DNA of 64,000 nt from Candidatus Versatilivorator sp. (GTDB taxonomy: Bacteria; Acidobacteriota; Terriglobia; Versatilivoradales; Versatilivoraceae), in the NCBI GenBank assembly GCA_965207735.1, contig OZ242296.1:1408001-1472000 (forward strand). The letters are read 5' to 3'. Numbering within the stretch: position 1 is the stretch's first letter; each line of letters opens with the position of its first letter. The position numbers and the translations under genes are program-made. Under the pieces are notes generated by a model. That model was not told the origin of the DNA, made no database searches, and was given only the letters and a program-made list of their open reading frames with translations. Positions 21,475 through 32,300 of the stretch are shown here, piece by piece.

Positions 21475-22452
21475 ATGAAAGGACGACGCTTTTCCATGGC
21501 TGCCTGCCGCCTCACCGCCGCCGCGATATTCGGTCTTGGGCTGTTTCTCGTCAGTCACCCCTTGTGCCTGGGTCAAGGCGGCTTGTCGGGAGACTCCTCT
21601 TCCGAGAACGGGTATTCCTCGCTGAAGATCGACGTGGATCTGGTTCTGGTCAGCGCCACCGTTACCGATCACAGCCGACGCTTCGTCACCGGATTGGAGA
21701 AACAGCACTTCCGCATCTTCGAGGACAAGATCGAGCAGGAGATCAAGCACTTCAGCAACGAGGATGTCCCCACCTCAATCGGTTTGCTTTTCGATGTCAG
21801 CAGCAGCATGGGGGACAAGATCGCCCGTGCCAGGGACGCGGCCGTTGCCTTCCTCAAAACCAGCAACCCGGCCGATGAGTACCTGTTGATCGCCTTCGCT
21901 GATCGGCCGTCAGTGGAGGAGGACTTTACCTCCGACATCAGCGAGATTCAAAACCGCCTGGTTCACAAGAGAGCCAAGGGATCGACAACGCTTTACGACG
22001 CCATCTATCTGGCGCTGGAAAAGATGAAGCAGGCCAATCACTCCAAGAAGGCTATCCTGCTCATCACCGATGGAGAGGACACCCGCAGCCGCTATTCCCT
22101 CATCAATGTGCGAAATGCCGTCAAGGAAGCCGACGTACAGATTTTCGCCATCGGCATTGTCAATTCCTACTATTCCGACCTGGCGCGCGGGCGCTCCGGA
22201 CGGGGAATTCTGGAACAGATTACCGAGATTACAGGGGGGCGGGCCTACTTCCCCAACTCCGTGTACGAGCTCGAGGACATCTGCACCAAGATCGCCATCG
22301 AGCTCAAGAACCAATATATCCTGGGCTACTCCTCCAGCAACCGGGCCAAGGATGGCCGCTGGCGCAAAATCAAAGTCAAAATGAAAACGCCCAAAGGGCT
22401 CCATTCTCTATCGGTCCGGACCAAGACCGGTTACTACGGACCTCAGGGATGA
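21475..22452 (+). CDS. Secreted VWA-domain protein (Acidobacterial VWFA-related type)
   Basis: MIDAS DVSSSM, TTLYDAI, ITDGED, ELKNQYILGY..DGRWRKI..GYY. Confidence 0.88.
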   Translation: MKGRRFSMAACRLTAAAIFGLGLFLVSHPLCLGQGGLSGDSSSENGYSSLKIDVDLVLVSATVTDHSRRFVTGLEKQHFRIFEDKIEQEIKHFSNEDVPTSIGLLFDVSSSMGDKIARARDAAVAFLKTSNPADEYLLIAFADRPSVEEDFTSDISEIQNRLVHKRAKGSTTLYDAIYLALEKMKQANHSKKAILLITDGEDTRSRYSLINVRNAVKEADVQIFAIGIVNSYYSDLARGRSGRGILEQITEITGGRAYFPNSVYELEDICTKIAIELKNQYILGYSSSNRAKDGRWRKIKVKMKTPKGLHSLSVRTKTGYYGPQG

Positions 22453-22456
22453 TCGA

Positions 22457-23398
22457 ATGAATTCGGCGTTCGGAAGAATCCTTCTGGCGGCGCTGCTGCT
22501 CGTTGTGGTCACCCAGGCGATGGCCCAGCAGCAGAACCGCAAGGCCAGGGGCGACTTTACGCTCAAGGTGGACGTGGATCTGAGATTGCTCCATGTCACC
22601 GTCTTCGATTGGAAGGAGCAGTTGGTAAAAGGGTTGAAGCAGAACCATTTTGAAGTCTACGAAGACAAGATTCAGCAGGAGATCACCCTCTTCAAGGTAG
22701 AGGATATCCCCGTATCGCTTGGCTTGGTGATCGACAACAGCGGTAGCATGCGATTCAAACGCAACCGGGTCAATCAGGCCGCCATCACCTTTGCCAAGAC
22801 CAGCAATCCCGAAGACGAAGTCTTCCTGATCAACTTCAACGACCAGGTCTTCCTGGACCAGGATTACACCCGGAACCTCGACGATCTTACCGACGCCCTG
22901 GACCACATCGACGCCCGGGGCGGTACGGCCCTCTACGACGCGATCTACCTGGCTCTGGAGCACATTCGGGAGGGACAGGAAGAAAAGAAGGCCATATTGG
23001 TCATTACCGACGGGCAGGACACCGAAAGTCGCTACCGGTTCGACACGGTTCTGGAATTTGCTCGGGAGTCCTACGCCAGCATTTACCTCATCGGACTGTT
23101 CGACAAGCTGTCGGAACTCACCCGGAAGGAAAGAAAAGCCGCCAAGCTCTTGCAGCAACTCTCAGAGGAAACCGGGGGGAAGTACTTCTTTCCCGAATCG
23201 GTGGACGAGGTGCATGCCATCTGCACCGAGGTGGCGCACGAAATCCGCAATCAGTACACTCTGGGGTACAAGCCCACCAACCTGAGCCGGGACGGGACCT
23301 GGAGGGACGTCACAGTCAGAGTGCTGGGGGCTCCCAAGGGCAAGCGGAAGTGGATCGCCAGAACCAAACGCGGCTACTATGCCCCAACCGAAAGCTAG
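22457..23398 (+). CDS. Secreted VWA-domain protein (paralog)
   Basis: Signal peptide; DNSGSM, GTALYDAI, ITDGQD, C-terminal GYYA. Confidence 0.88.
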   Translation: MNSAFGRILLAALLLVVVTQAMAQQQNRKARGDFTLKVDVDLRLLHVTVFDWKEQLVKGLKQNHFEVYEDKIQQEITLFKVEDIPVSLGLVIDNSGSMRFKRNRVNQAAITFAKTSNPEDEVFLINFNDQVFLDQDYTRNLDDLTDALDHIDARGGTALYDAIYLALEHIREGQEEKKAILVITDGQDTESRYRFDTVLEFARESYASIYLIGLFDKLSELTRKERKAAKLLQQLSEETGGKYFFPESVDEVHAICTEVAHEIRNQYTLGYKPTNLSRDGTWRDVTVRVLGAPKGKRKWIARTKRGYYAPTES

Positions 23399-23844
23399 AA
23401 ACTCTTGGCGCTGTCCAGCAGGAACGTCACCGGGCCGTCGTTGGTGGAGCGAACACTCATGGTTTCCCTGAAAACACCCGTTTGGACCCTGATGCGTTGC
23501 TGCCGGCAGCTATCGACGAAGGATCGGTAGAGACGATTGGCTGCTTCCGGGGAAGCCGCCATTGAGAACGAAGGTCGGCGCCCCCTCCGGCAATCGCCGT
23601 AGAGCGTGAACTGCGAGACGATCAACAGAGACCCACCTGCTTCTTTCAGCGAGCGGTTCATTTTGCCGCTTTCATCCTCGAAAATTCTCAACCCCACGAT
23701 CTTGTCCACCAGGTAATCGGTGTCGGCCGGTCCGTCTCCGTCCTTGACGGCGAGGTAGAGGAGCAATCCCCGTCCGATTTGCCCGACCACCTCCCCACCG
23801 ACCGTCACCGAGGCTTCGAGAACTCGCTGGACCACCACACGCAT
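23395..23844 (-). CDS. dtd: D-aminoacyl-tRNA deacylase
   Basis: [21 protein letters not shown]. Confidence 0.95.
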   Translation of the reverse strand: MRVVVQRVLEASVTVGGEVVGQIGRGLLLYLAVKDGDGPADTDYLVDKIVGLRIFEDESGKMNRSLKEAGGSLLIVSQFTLYGDCRRGRRPSFSMAASPEAANRLYRSFVDSCRQQRIRVQTGVFRETMSVRSTNDGPVTFLLDSAKSF

Positions 23845-23948
23845 GGATTTCTCCTTCACTGGAATGGAGCCCCGGCGAAACCGTTGACACCTCCGGGGGG
23901 CTCTTTTACTATCACGCAAGCTCGTTCCTAGGCAAACGGGGCAACGTC

Positions 23949-25628
23949 ATGGGCAGGACATCCACCGGGCAGACCAGGCTCAAGCAATCGAGGCGCCGCT
24001 GGGAAGAGCAGACCCTCGCTCCGTCCCGGAAACGGTTTTCCCCGAGGCTGCCCGAGTTCACCAGCATCTCGGGCCACCCCATCCAGGCTCTTTACGGTCC
24101 CGAGGACCTGGAAGACTTCGACCTCGAACAAGAGGTGGGATTCCCCGGAGAACCACCCTATACCCGGGGAATTCACCCCAGCATGTATCGCGGCCGCCTC
24201 TGGACCATGCGGCAATTCAGCGGCTTCGGCACAGCCCAGGACACCAATCAACGCTTTCTCTACCTGCTCGAGCAAGGACAAACCGGCCTTTCGGTCGCTT
24301 TTGACCTGCCTACTCTCATGGGGCTGGACTCGGATCACCCGACGGCTTCGGGCGAGATCGGCAAATGCGGCGTCGCCGTGGACACCCTGGCGGACATGGA
24401 AGTTCTCTTCAGGAACATCGACCTGGAGTCCATAAGCACCTCCATGACCATCAATTGCCCGGCAGCCGTCATCTGGGCCATGTTTCTGGCTCACGCCGAG
24501 AAAAGCGGCTTTAGCTGGGCCAGGTTGCGGGGCACCCTTCAGAACGACATCCTCAAGGAATACATTGCTCAGAAGGAGTGGATCTATCCGCCTCATCCCT
24601 CCATGCGGCTGGTTACCGACACCATTGCCTTCGCAGCTCAACACGTCCCCCAATGGAACAGCGTCTCGATCAGTGGCTATCACATCAGAGAAGCCGGTTC
24701 CACGGCCCTGCAGGAATTGGCCTTCACCCTGCGCGACGGCATCGAGTACGTGGAGGCGGCCGTTCGGGCCGGACTGGAGGTCGACGATTTCGCTCCCCGG
24801 CTTTCCTTTTTTTTCAATGCCCACAACGATTTCTTCGAAGAAATCGCCAAGTATCGAGCGGCTCGCAAGGTCTGGTACCGGGTAATGAAGGAACGCTTTC
24901 ACTGTCGAGACCCGCGATCCTGCGTGCTCCGATTCCATGCCCAGACCGCCGGGTGCTCCCTGACGGCCCAACAACCCCACAACAACATTGTTCGCACCAC
25001 CGTCCAGGCCCTGGCAGCCATTTTGGGCGGAACCCAGTCCCTGCACACAAACTCCATGGACGAAACCTACGCCTTGCCCACCGAGCAGGCCGCCACCATC
25101 GCTCTCAGAAGTCAGCAGATCCTTGCCACCGAAAGCGAAGTGGCCAACACGGTCGACCCCCTGGCCGGATCCTACTTCGTCGAGAAGCTGACCCTCGAAT
25201 TGGAAAAGGGCTGCTGGGACTATTTCGAAAAAATCGACGCCATGGGAGGCATGGTGGCCGCTATTGAGCGCTGCTATCCTCAGAAAGAAATTCTGGACGC
25301 CGCCTACCGCTACCAACAGGCCGTGGAACGGGGAGAGAAGGTCATTGTGGGTGTGAACCGGTTCGTGGTCGATGAGGAACAGCCGATCGACACCCTGGCC
25401 ATCGAGTCCGGCGTGGCTGACAAACAACTGGACAGTCTCGAGCGTATCAAGGCCAGCCGCGACCCGATGGCCGTGCAACGGTCACTGGCGGAGCTGCGCC
25501 GGGCTGCGGCCACCGATCGGAACCTCATGCCTTTTCTCCTGTCTTGTGTCAAGGCTTACGCGACCGTGGGAGAGGTCTGCGAGGAACTGAAACAGGTATT
25601 CGGCATTTATGAGGAGCCTGTCTTCTAG
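23949..25628 (+). CDS. icmA: B12-dependent acyl-CoA mutase large subunit, isobutyryl-CoA mutase type
   Basis: MCM-family fold ([28 protein letters not shown]). Specificity residues are Phe (RQFSG) and Gln (YIAQKE) rather than the MCM Tyr/Arg. Confidence 0.75.
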   Translation: MGRTSTGQTRLKQSRRRWEEQTLAPSRKRFSPRLPEFTSISGHPIQALYGPEDLEDFDLEQEVGFPGEPPYTRGIHPSMYRGRLWTMRQFSGFGTAQDTNQRFLYLLEQGQTGLSVAFDLPTLMGLDSDHPTASGEIGKCGVAVDTLADMEVLFRNIDLESISTSMTINCPAAVIWAMFLAHAEKSGFSWARLRGTLQNDILKEYIAQKEWIYPPHPSMRLVTDTIAFAAQHVPQWNSVSISGYHIREAGSTALQELAFTLRDGIEYVEAAVRAGLEVDDFAPRLSFFFNAHNDFFEEIAKYRAARKVWYRVMKERFHCRDPRSCVLRFHAQTAGCSLTAQQPHNNIVRTTVQALAAILGGTQSLHTNSMDETYALPTEQAATIALRSQQILATESEVANTVDPLAGSYFVEKLTLELEKGCWDYFEKIDAMGGMVAAIERCYPQKEILDAAYRYQQAVERGEKVIVGVNRFVVDEEQPIDTLAIESGVADKQLDSLERIKASRDPMAVQRSLAELRRAAATDRNLMPFLLSCVKAYATVGEVCEELKQVFGIYEEPVF

Positions 25629-25690
25629 GTCGAAAGGGTAGCCGCCGGCGCCGGAGACGTAGATTTTCGAGCACCGGCATCAATTCAATC

Positions 25691-26098
25691 ATGAGTGAGA
25701 ATCCCATCCGAGTGTTGGTGGCCAAACCCGGCCTGGACGGCCACGATCGCGGCGCCAAGATTATAGCCCGGGCGCTTCGAGACGCCGGGATGGAAGTGAT
25801 TTACAGCGGTCTTCGCCAATCTCCCGTGCAGATCGTCAATGCCGCCCTGCAGGAGGACGTGCACTGCATCGGACTCTCCATACTCTCCGGAGCCCACAAT
25901 GTGATTCTTCCGCGCATCACCGAACTGTTGCGGGAAAGGAAGCTGGATGATGTCCTGGTGGTTGCCGGGGGCATTATTCCCGATCAGGACATCCCCACCC
26001 TGAAGGCATGCGGTATCTCCGAAATATTCTTGCCCGGAACTTCTACTCGGACCATCATCGAGTACATCCGGGAACACTGCGAGGCAACCTCGCGTTAG
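25691..26098 (+). CDS. icmB: Cobalamin-binding small subunit of acyl-CoA mutase
   Basis: [24 protein letters not shown]. Confidence 0.8.
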   Translation: MSENPIRVLVAKPGLDGHDRGAKIIARALRDAGMEVIYSGLRQSPVQIVNAALQEDVHCIGLSILSGAHNVILPRITELLRERKLDDVLVVAGGIIPDQDIPTLKACGISEIFLPGTSTRTIIEYIREHCEATSR

Positions 26099-26158
26099 CA
26101 GCCCATATCCCGGAAGATCAGCAACCTTTTTGCAATCTCGGTCATCGCAGCCCAAGGG

Positions 26159-26187
26159 TTGACCCCCGGAATGCGGCTCTGTAGAAT
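26159..26187 (+). promoter_or_regulatory. sigma70-type promoter
   Basis: TTGACC-N17-TAGAAT upstream of AGGAGG and ATG at 26222. Confidence 0.6.
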
Positions 26188-26221
26188 CCTGGCAAAAGCG
26201 TCCGACAGGAGGTATTCAGCG

Positions 26222-27205
26222 ATGAAGATGGATAGGAATGCGCGCAAGTTCCTGTTTTGCGTGGGGGTGCTTCTTCTGGGCACATCGGTCGCCGCGGATC
26301 GGATCGGCGCTCAGAATTCCCCGGTCAATCCGACGCTCAAGAAGAAGATCAGGGCCGACATCGACAACCTGGTGGTCAACGTCGAACTCGTCAATGTCCT
26401 GTTCACAGTCACCGATCGCAAGGGACGCCTGGTCACCGATCTGCAGCAACCCAACTTCAAGTTGTACGAAGACAACAAACTGCAGGAAATTACCAATTTT
26501 TCTCGCGAAACCGATCTTCCGCTGACCATTGCCGTGCTCATCGACACCAGCACCAGCATTACCGACCGCTTCAAGTTCGAGCAGGAGGCGGCAATCGAGT
26601 TTCTTTACCAGACCCTGAGGCCGCGCAAGGACAAGGCTCTGCTGATCACATTCGACTCGGCCATTGAGCTGGTGCAGGACTTCACCAACGATCCCCAGGT
26701 GCTGGCGACATCGATCCGACGCATCCGACCCGGCGGAGGAACCAAGCTGCTGGACAGCGTTTACCTCACCTGCCAGGAAAAGCTGAAAGCCGAACCGGGA
26801 AGCACCAGAAAAATCATCATTCTCATCAGCGATGGAGATGACAACCTCAGCGTACAAAACCTGGCCTCCACGCTGGAGATGGTTCACCGGTCGGATGTCT
26901 CGATCTATGCCGTCAGTACCAATTCCAGCGGTTTCTTCAGCATCAAGGCGCCCAAGTCCGACAAGCTCCTGCGGCGCCTCGCCCGGGAAACGGGAGGGCG
27001 TGCCTTCTTCCCGTTCAAATCAGAGGAGTTGAGCCAGAGCTTCGCCAATATCGCCAGCGAACTTCGAAGCCAGTACTCCCTGGCCTATCGATCCTCGAAT
27101 GCCGCACGGGACGGCTCCTTTCGCTCCATCAAGATCACCACCGATCGCAAGAGGCTGCGGGTGAAATCCCGCAAGGGATATTACGCCTCCCGGAGTCCCA
27201 GCTAG
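26222..27205 (+). CDS. Secreted VWA-domain protein (third paralog)
   Basis: Signal peptide; DTSTSI, GGGTKLLD, ISDGDD, ELRSQYSLAY, GYYA. Confidence 0.88.
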   Translation: MKMDRNARKFLFCVGVLLLGTSVAADRIGAQNSPVNPTLKKKIRADIDNLVVNVELVNVLFTVTDRKGRLVTDLQQPNFKLYEDNKLQEITNFSRETDLPLTIAVLIDTSTSITDRFKFEQEAAIEFLYQTLRPRKDKALLITFDSAIELVQDFTNDPQVLATSIRRIRPGGGTKLLDSVYLTCQEKLKAEPGSTRKIIILISDGDDNLSVQNLASTLEMVHRSDVSIYAVSTNSSGFFSIKAPKSDKLLRRLARETGGRAFFPFKSEELSQSFANIASELRSQYSLAYRSSNAARDGSFRSIKITTDRKRLRVKSRKGYYASRSPS

Positions 27206-27296
27206 ACTGCAGTCCCCTGTCGACACATTCTGCTTCCCCAGGTCAGCGTTCCGGATTGTGTGCCGGTTTCGCGCTCACTCAAGACAATAAAGCCCC

Positions 27297-28802
27297 ATGA
27301 TCAGTTTCAGCCTGGTGGATTGGAGCATCATCATTGCCTACCTGATCGCCACCATGGCTGCCGGTCTGGCCATGCGCCGCTATGTCGGCCGGGTCGAGGA
27401 CTTCATCCTGGCCGGGCGCGGCATGGACGTCTATCTGGGTGTGGCTTCCCTGGCGGCAACCGAGTTCGGCATCATCACCGCCATGTATACGGCCGAGCTG
27501 GGATACAAGAACGGCTTCGCGGGCGCCACTCCCGGGATCCTGATGGCGGCCGCAATGCTGGTGGTCGGGCTCACCGGTTTCGTCATCAAGCCTCTGCGAG
27601 ACTCGGGGGCATACACCATTCCGGAGTTGCTGGACCGACGTTTCGGCCCCCGGGTTCGCTGGCTGGCGGGCCTGGTGATCGTCCTGGGGGGAGTTCTCAA
27701 CATGGGGGTCTTCTTTCGGGCCGGAGGCGAGTTTCTGGTGATCATGACCGGAATCCCTCCAGGTTATCTGGAAGTCACCATGACAGTGCTGGTCATCCTG
27801 GTGCTGATCTACACGGTTCTGGGGGGAATGATCTCGGTCCTGGTCACCGACTACCTCCAGTTTCTGGTGATGGGAATCGGCCTGGTCGCCGTTTCCCTCC
27901 TGGTGGCGGCCCAGGTGGGATGGGAGCAGGTGGTGTCGACCGTTGAAAGAGAACACGGACCGGGAGGGTTCAACCCCTTGATCAGCGAGGGAATGGGACC
28001 CGCCTACGTTGCCTGGCAGGCTCTCAATCAATTGGCCGTAGTGGTTACCTGGCAAACCGTCATTCAGCGAGTTCTCGCGGCCCGTGACAGTCGGACCGCC
28101 CGACGGGTGTATACCCGAACCAGCTTCTATTTCGTGGGGCGCTTCCTGATCCCTGCCTTTTGGGGTATGGCCGCCCTGGCCGTCCTGGGAGCCGAGCACC
28201 CCCCGGCGGCCTCGCTGCAAGCCATGCCCACCTTCCTGGCCTCCCTGCTCCCCTCGGGACTGGTGGGACTGGTGATCGCCGCCATGCTGGCTGCCGAGAT
28301 GTCGACCGATTCCAGTTACCTGTTGACCTGGAGCAGCATCCTCTACAATGACCTGATCTGCTCCGTCCGCAAGGAGCCATTCAGCGAGAAAGCGGGACTT
28401 CGCCTGAACCGGCTCATCGTCCTGGGCATCGCCGGATTCCTGCTGCTCTATGGACTCTGGTATCAACCTCCCGGAAGAGTCTGGGACTACCTGTCCATTA
28501 CGGCCAACATTTACCTGTCCAGTATCTTTATCCTGTTGGTGGCCTGCTGCTACTGGAAAGACGCCCGCGCCGCCGGGGGAATCGGAGCCATCGTCGGAGG
28601 AGCACTGCCTCCGCTGGCGTTCCTGCTGCTCAGCCAGGTCCAGTTTCCGACGGTTGAAGGCAGCCACTCCTTCGACATTTGGTCAGCGGCCGCGCGGTGG
28701 CTGAGCCGAAGCGAGGTGAGCGGATTGCTCTCCTTCGCCTTTGCCGCCAGCGGCATGATTCTGGGGTCGTGGATGGCCCGCAGAAGGGAGCGAATCGGCT
28801 AG
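27297..28802 (+). CDS. Sodium:solute symporter (SSS) family protein
   Basis: DFILAGR, TIPELL..RF, LGGMISVLVTD, AAEMST; about 13 TM segments. Confidence 0.9.
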   Translation: MISFSLVDWSIIIAYLIATMAAGLAMRRYVGRVEDFILAGRGMDVYLGVASLAATEFGIITAMYTAELGYKNGFAGATPGILMAAAMLVVGLTGFVIKPLRDSGAYTIPELLDRRFGPRVRWLAGLVIVLGGVLNMGVFFRAGGEFLVIMTGIPPGYLEVTMTVLVILVLIYTVLGGMISVLVTDYLQFLVMGIGLVAVSLLVAAQVGWEQVVSTVEREHGPGGFNPLISEGMGPAYVAWQALNQLAVVVTWQTVIQRVLAARDSRTARRVYTRTSFYFVGRFLIPAFWGMAALAVLGAEHPPAASLQAMPTFLASLLPSGLVGLVIAAMLAAEMSTDSSYLLTWSSILYNDLICSVRKEPFSEKAGLRLNRLIVLGIAGFLLLYGLWYQPPGRVWDYLSITANIYLSSIFILLVACCYWKDARAAGGIGAIVGGALPPLAFLLLSQVQFPTVEGSHSFDIWSAAARWLSRSEVSGLLSFAFAASGMILGSWMARRRERIG

Positions 28803-28806
28803 GCAA

Positions 28807-28947
28807 ATGCTTCCCTCTCATCCAATTTGGTTTTGTCTGACCTGGATCTGTATCCTGTGGTATGGATTTCTGGTGCTTTACGTCGGTTGGAAGGGCTTGG
28901 GCGATATCCGCCGGCTGATTGCCAATCTGAAGGAGAGGAACCAGTAG
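28807..28947 (+). CDS. Small single-TM protein (46 aa), likely an SSS accessory; not in the ORF track
   Basis: MLPSHPIWFCLTWICILWYGFLVLYVGWKGLGDIRRLIANLKERNQ fills the gap between the SSS stop (28802) and the next start (28949). Confidence 0.7.
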   Translation: MLPSHPIWFCLTWICILWYGFLVLYVGWKGLGDIRRLIANLKERNQ

Positions 28948-28948
28948 C

Positions 28949-29350
28949 GTGGCAATTCGGTTGGGCTGGCTGTGCGGCATCGGACTCGGCCTGTCCTGTT
29001 TGATGGTCTCGGAAAACTGCCGGTGGCGTGTCCACCAACCCAGGGACGAGCCGGAACCACTCCTCCGACAGGAGCGGCCGCCGTCACCCTCCAACCCGAT
29101 TGAACTCGGCGAGCGATTGGACATCAACGCCGCCGGGCGCGAAGATCTGGAATCGCTGCCGGGAATCGGACCCGTGCTGGCCGGCCGAATTGTGGAGTTC
29201 CGAACCAAGAACCCTCCTTTCCGGCGAGTAGAGGAAATTCTGATCATCCGGGGAATCGGCCGGCGCAAGTTCCAGGCCCTGCGCAATCGGATCCGAGTGG
29301 GGACCTCCACCGGCCCGCCCGGCTCCGCCTCGGCGGAATGTTCGAAATGA
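28949..29350 (+). CDS. comEA: ComEA-like helix-hairpin-helix DNA-binding protein
   Basis: LDINAA..EDLESLPGIGPVLA.RIVEFR...F..VEE...RGIG; N-terminal anchor. Confidence 0.8.
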   Translation: MAIRLGWLCGIGLGLSCLMVSENCRWRVHQPRDEPEPLLRQERPPSPSNPIELGERLDINAAGREDLESLPGIGPVLAGRIVEFRTKNPPFRRVEEILIIRGIGRRKFQALRNRIRVGTSTGPPGSASAECSK

Positions 29351-32300
29351 AGACCGTCATCCCGACTCACAGTCCCCTGCCTCGGGGGTTTCACCCCTAC
29401 CTGGCTCAGTGGTTCCGCCAACGCTTCGCCGTCCCCTCCCCTGCCCAGAAAGCGGGTTGGCCCCCGGTAATGGCCGGCCGAGATACGCTGGTCGCCGCGC
29501 CCACCGGATCGGGCAAGACCCTGGCGGCATTTCTGTGGTCCCTGAACCGGCTGGTGGGGTTGACCTTGAAGGGCCGGCTCGAAGACCGCACCTATGTGGT
29601 TTACGTGTCGCCCCTGAAGGCGCTGGGAAACGACATTCACAAGAACCTGCAGGTCCCGATGGAGGAAATCGGCCGCATCTCCCAAGAGGCGGGCGAGGCC
29701 CCGTTGGGAATTCGTGTGGCGGTGCGCTCGGGAGACACTCCCAACAGCGAACGGCAGGCCATGCTCCGCCGCCCACCCCATATCCTGATCACGACTCCCG
29801 AGTCGCTCTATATTCTGCTCACGGCCAAAGGGAGTCGCGGCTACCTGGCCGGGGCCGAAACGGTGATCGTGGACGAAATCCATGCCGTGGCCGGAGACAA
29901 GCGCGGTTCTCACCTGGCCCTGTCCCTGGAACGACTGGACCATCTGGCCGGCCGGCGCCTGCAGAGGATCGGACTCAGCGCCACTCAGAAGCCCGTATCC
30001 GCCATTGCCCGTCTGCTGGTCGGGACCTCGGGGCTCACGCCCAAGGGCCGGGTCAATTGCTCCATCGTGGATATAGGCCACCAGCGGGATCTTGAGTTAT
30101 CCATTGCCATTCCCGACCTGGAGTTCGGCCCCATTGCCAGTCTGGAGCTCTGGGAAGCCGTCTATGAGCGCATTGCCGCCGAATCGCGGGCTCACCGATC
30201 GACCCTGGTCTTTGTACACACCCGCCGCCTGGCGGAACGAGTCGCCCACAAGCTGAGTCAGCGCCTGGGAGAAGATCAGGTCGCCACCCACCACGGCAGC
30301 CTGTCCAAGGAGAGCCGTCTGGCGGCGGAACAGCAACTCAAGTCCGGCGTCATTGCGGTGGTGGTGGCCACGGCTTCGCTGGAACTGGGCATCGACATCG
30401 GCCACGTCGACCTCGTTTGCCATGTCGGGGCGCCCCGCTCCATCGCCAGCCTGCTGCAGAGAATCGGCCGCTCAGGGCACGGCCTGGACACGACTCCCAA
30501 GGGTCTCCTCTTCCCTCTCACCAGGGACGAGCTGTTGCAAACCGCCGCGGCCGTGCGGGCCGTCCGCGACGGAGAGCTGGATCGGGTCCACATCCCCGAG
30601 AAGCCACTGGACATCCTGGCTCAGCAGATAGTCGCCACCGTCGCCAGCGGAGAGATCGACGAGGGGGAACTTTGGGAACAGTGCCGGAAGGCCTATCCCT
30701 ATCGCGACCTGACTCCCGCAGAGTTTGCAGAGGTGGTGGAGATTCTCTCCGAAGGGATTTCGACCCGCCGAGGCCGAGGCTCGGCCTACCTTCACCACGA
30801 TGGAGTCCACCGTCGCCTGCGTCCTCGCAGAAACGCGGCCCTGGCGGCCATCACCGGCGGGGGAGCCATTCCCGATACGGCCGATTACGACGTCATCCAG
30901 GAACCGGAGGGTATTGTCGTAGGCCGGGTCAACGAGGACTTCGCCATCGAGAGCATGGCCGGAGACATCTTCCTCCTCGGGAACCAGTCCTGGCGCATCC
31001 GTCGGGTCGAATCAGGCAAGCTGCGCGTGGAAGACGCGCAGGGGGCGGCTCCCACCATTCCCTTCTGGGTGGGAGAGGCTCCGGCGCGCACGGCGGAGTT
31101 GTCGGCAGCAGTCTCGGAGCTCCGCCGCGAGTTGGCCGAGAAACTGGACAGTGAACCGGACTCGGCCTGCGACTGGTTGTCCCGAGAGTGCGGTTTGCAT
31201 CGGTCGGGGGCCGAACAACTGGTCGCCTATCTGACCCAGACCCGGGCAGTCCTGGGAGAGGTTCCCACACAACAAACCGTAGTCGCCGAGCGCTTCTTCG
31301 ACGAATCGGGGGGCATGCAACTGGTGCTGCACACTCCGTTTGGAGGCCGCATCAATCGAGCCTGGGGCCTGGCCCTGAGGAAGCGGTTCTGCGTCTCCTT
31401 CAATTTCGAGCTTCAGGCGGCAGCCACCGATGACGGAGTGGTGATTTCCCTGGGAGAACAGCACAGCTTCCCGCTGCAGAGCGTCTCCTCCATGGTGAGA
31501 ACCGAACGAACCGAACGAGACCTGATCCAGGGAGTGCTGGCCTCTCCCATGTTCGGAAATCGCTGGCGCTGGAACGCCACCCGTTTTCTGGCCCTGCTGC
31601 GGTTCCAGCATGGCCGCCGGGTGCCCATGCCGATTCAGCGGATGCGGGCGGAAGATCTGCTGGCCGCCGTATTCCCGGCCCAGTTGGCCTGTCAGGACAA
31701 CGCTCCCGGTCCGGTGGAGCCGGTGGACCACCCGCTGGTAAACCAGACATTGCACGATTGCCTGCACGAACCGCTGGACCTGGAGGGGTTTCTGGAAGTT
31801 CTGGGCCGGCTGGAGGCAGGAGAGATTCGCTTCCTGGGGCGCGACACGCCCGCTCCCTCCCCCATGTCGCATGAGATCCTCAACGCCAACCCCTATGCCT
31901 TCCTGGATGACGCTCCCCTGGAGGAGCGACGGGCGCGGGCGGTGTCACTCAGACGGATGGAGACCGACGCCATCCAGGCCGATTCCATCCTGGATCCCGA
32001 GGTGGTGGAGCGGGTGATCGCGGAATTGTGGCCGGATATCAGGGACCGCGAAGAACTGCACGATCTGCTCCTCAACCTGGTCGTTCTTCCCTCCCAAGCG
32101 GTTGGCCGCTGGCGGGAATTCATGAACGAGCTGATCGAATTCAGTCGCGCCGCGCCGGTTTCCTGGATCAATCCGTCAGGGTCCCGCCAGGAAGCCTATG
32201 TCGCCGCCGAGCGGCTGTCATGGCTGAAGCGCGTGGTTCCCGAAGTCCATGTGGACCGGTGTTTCCAGCCTCGAGCCCCGGATTCCGAAACCGCTTCGCC

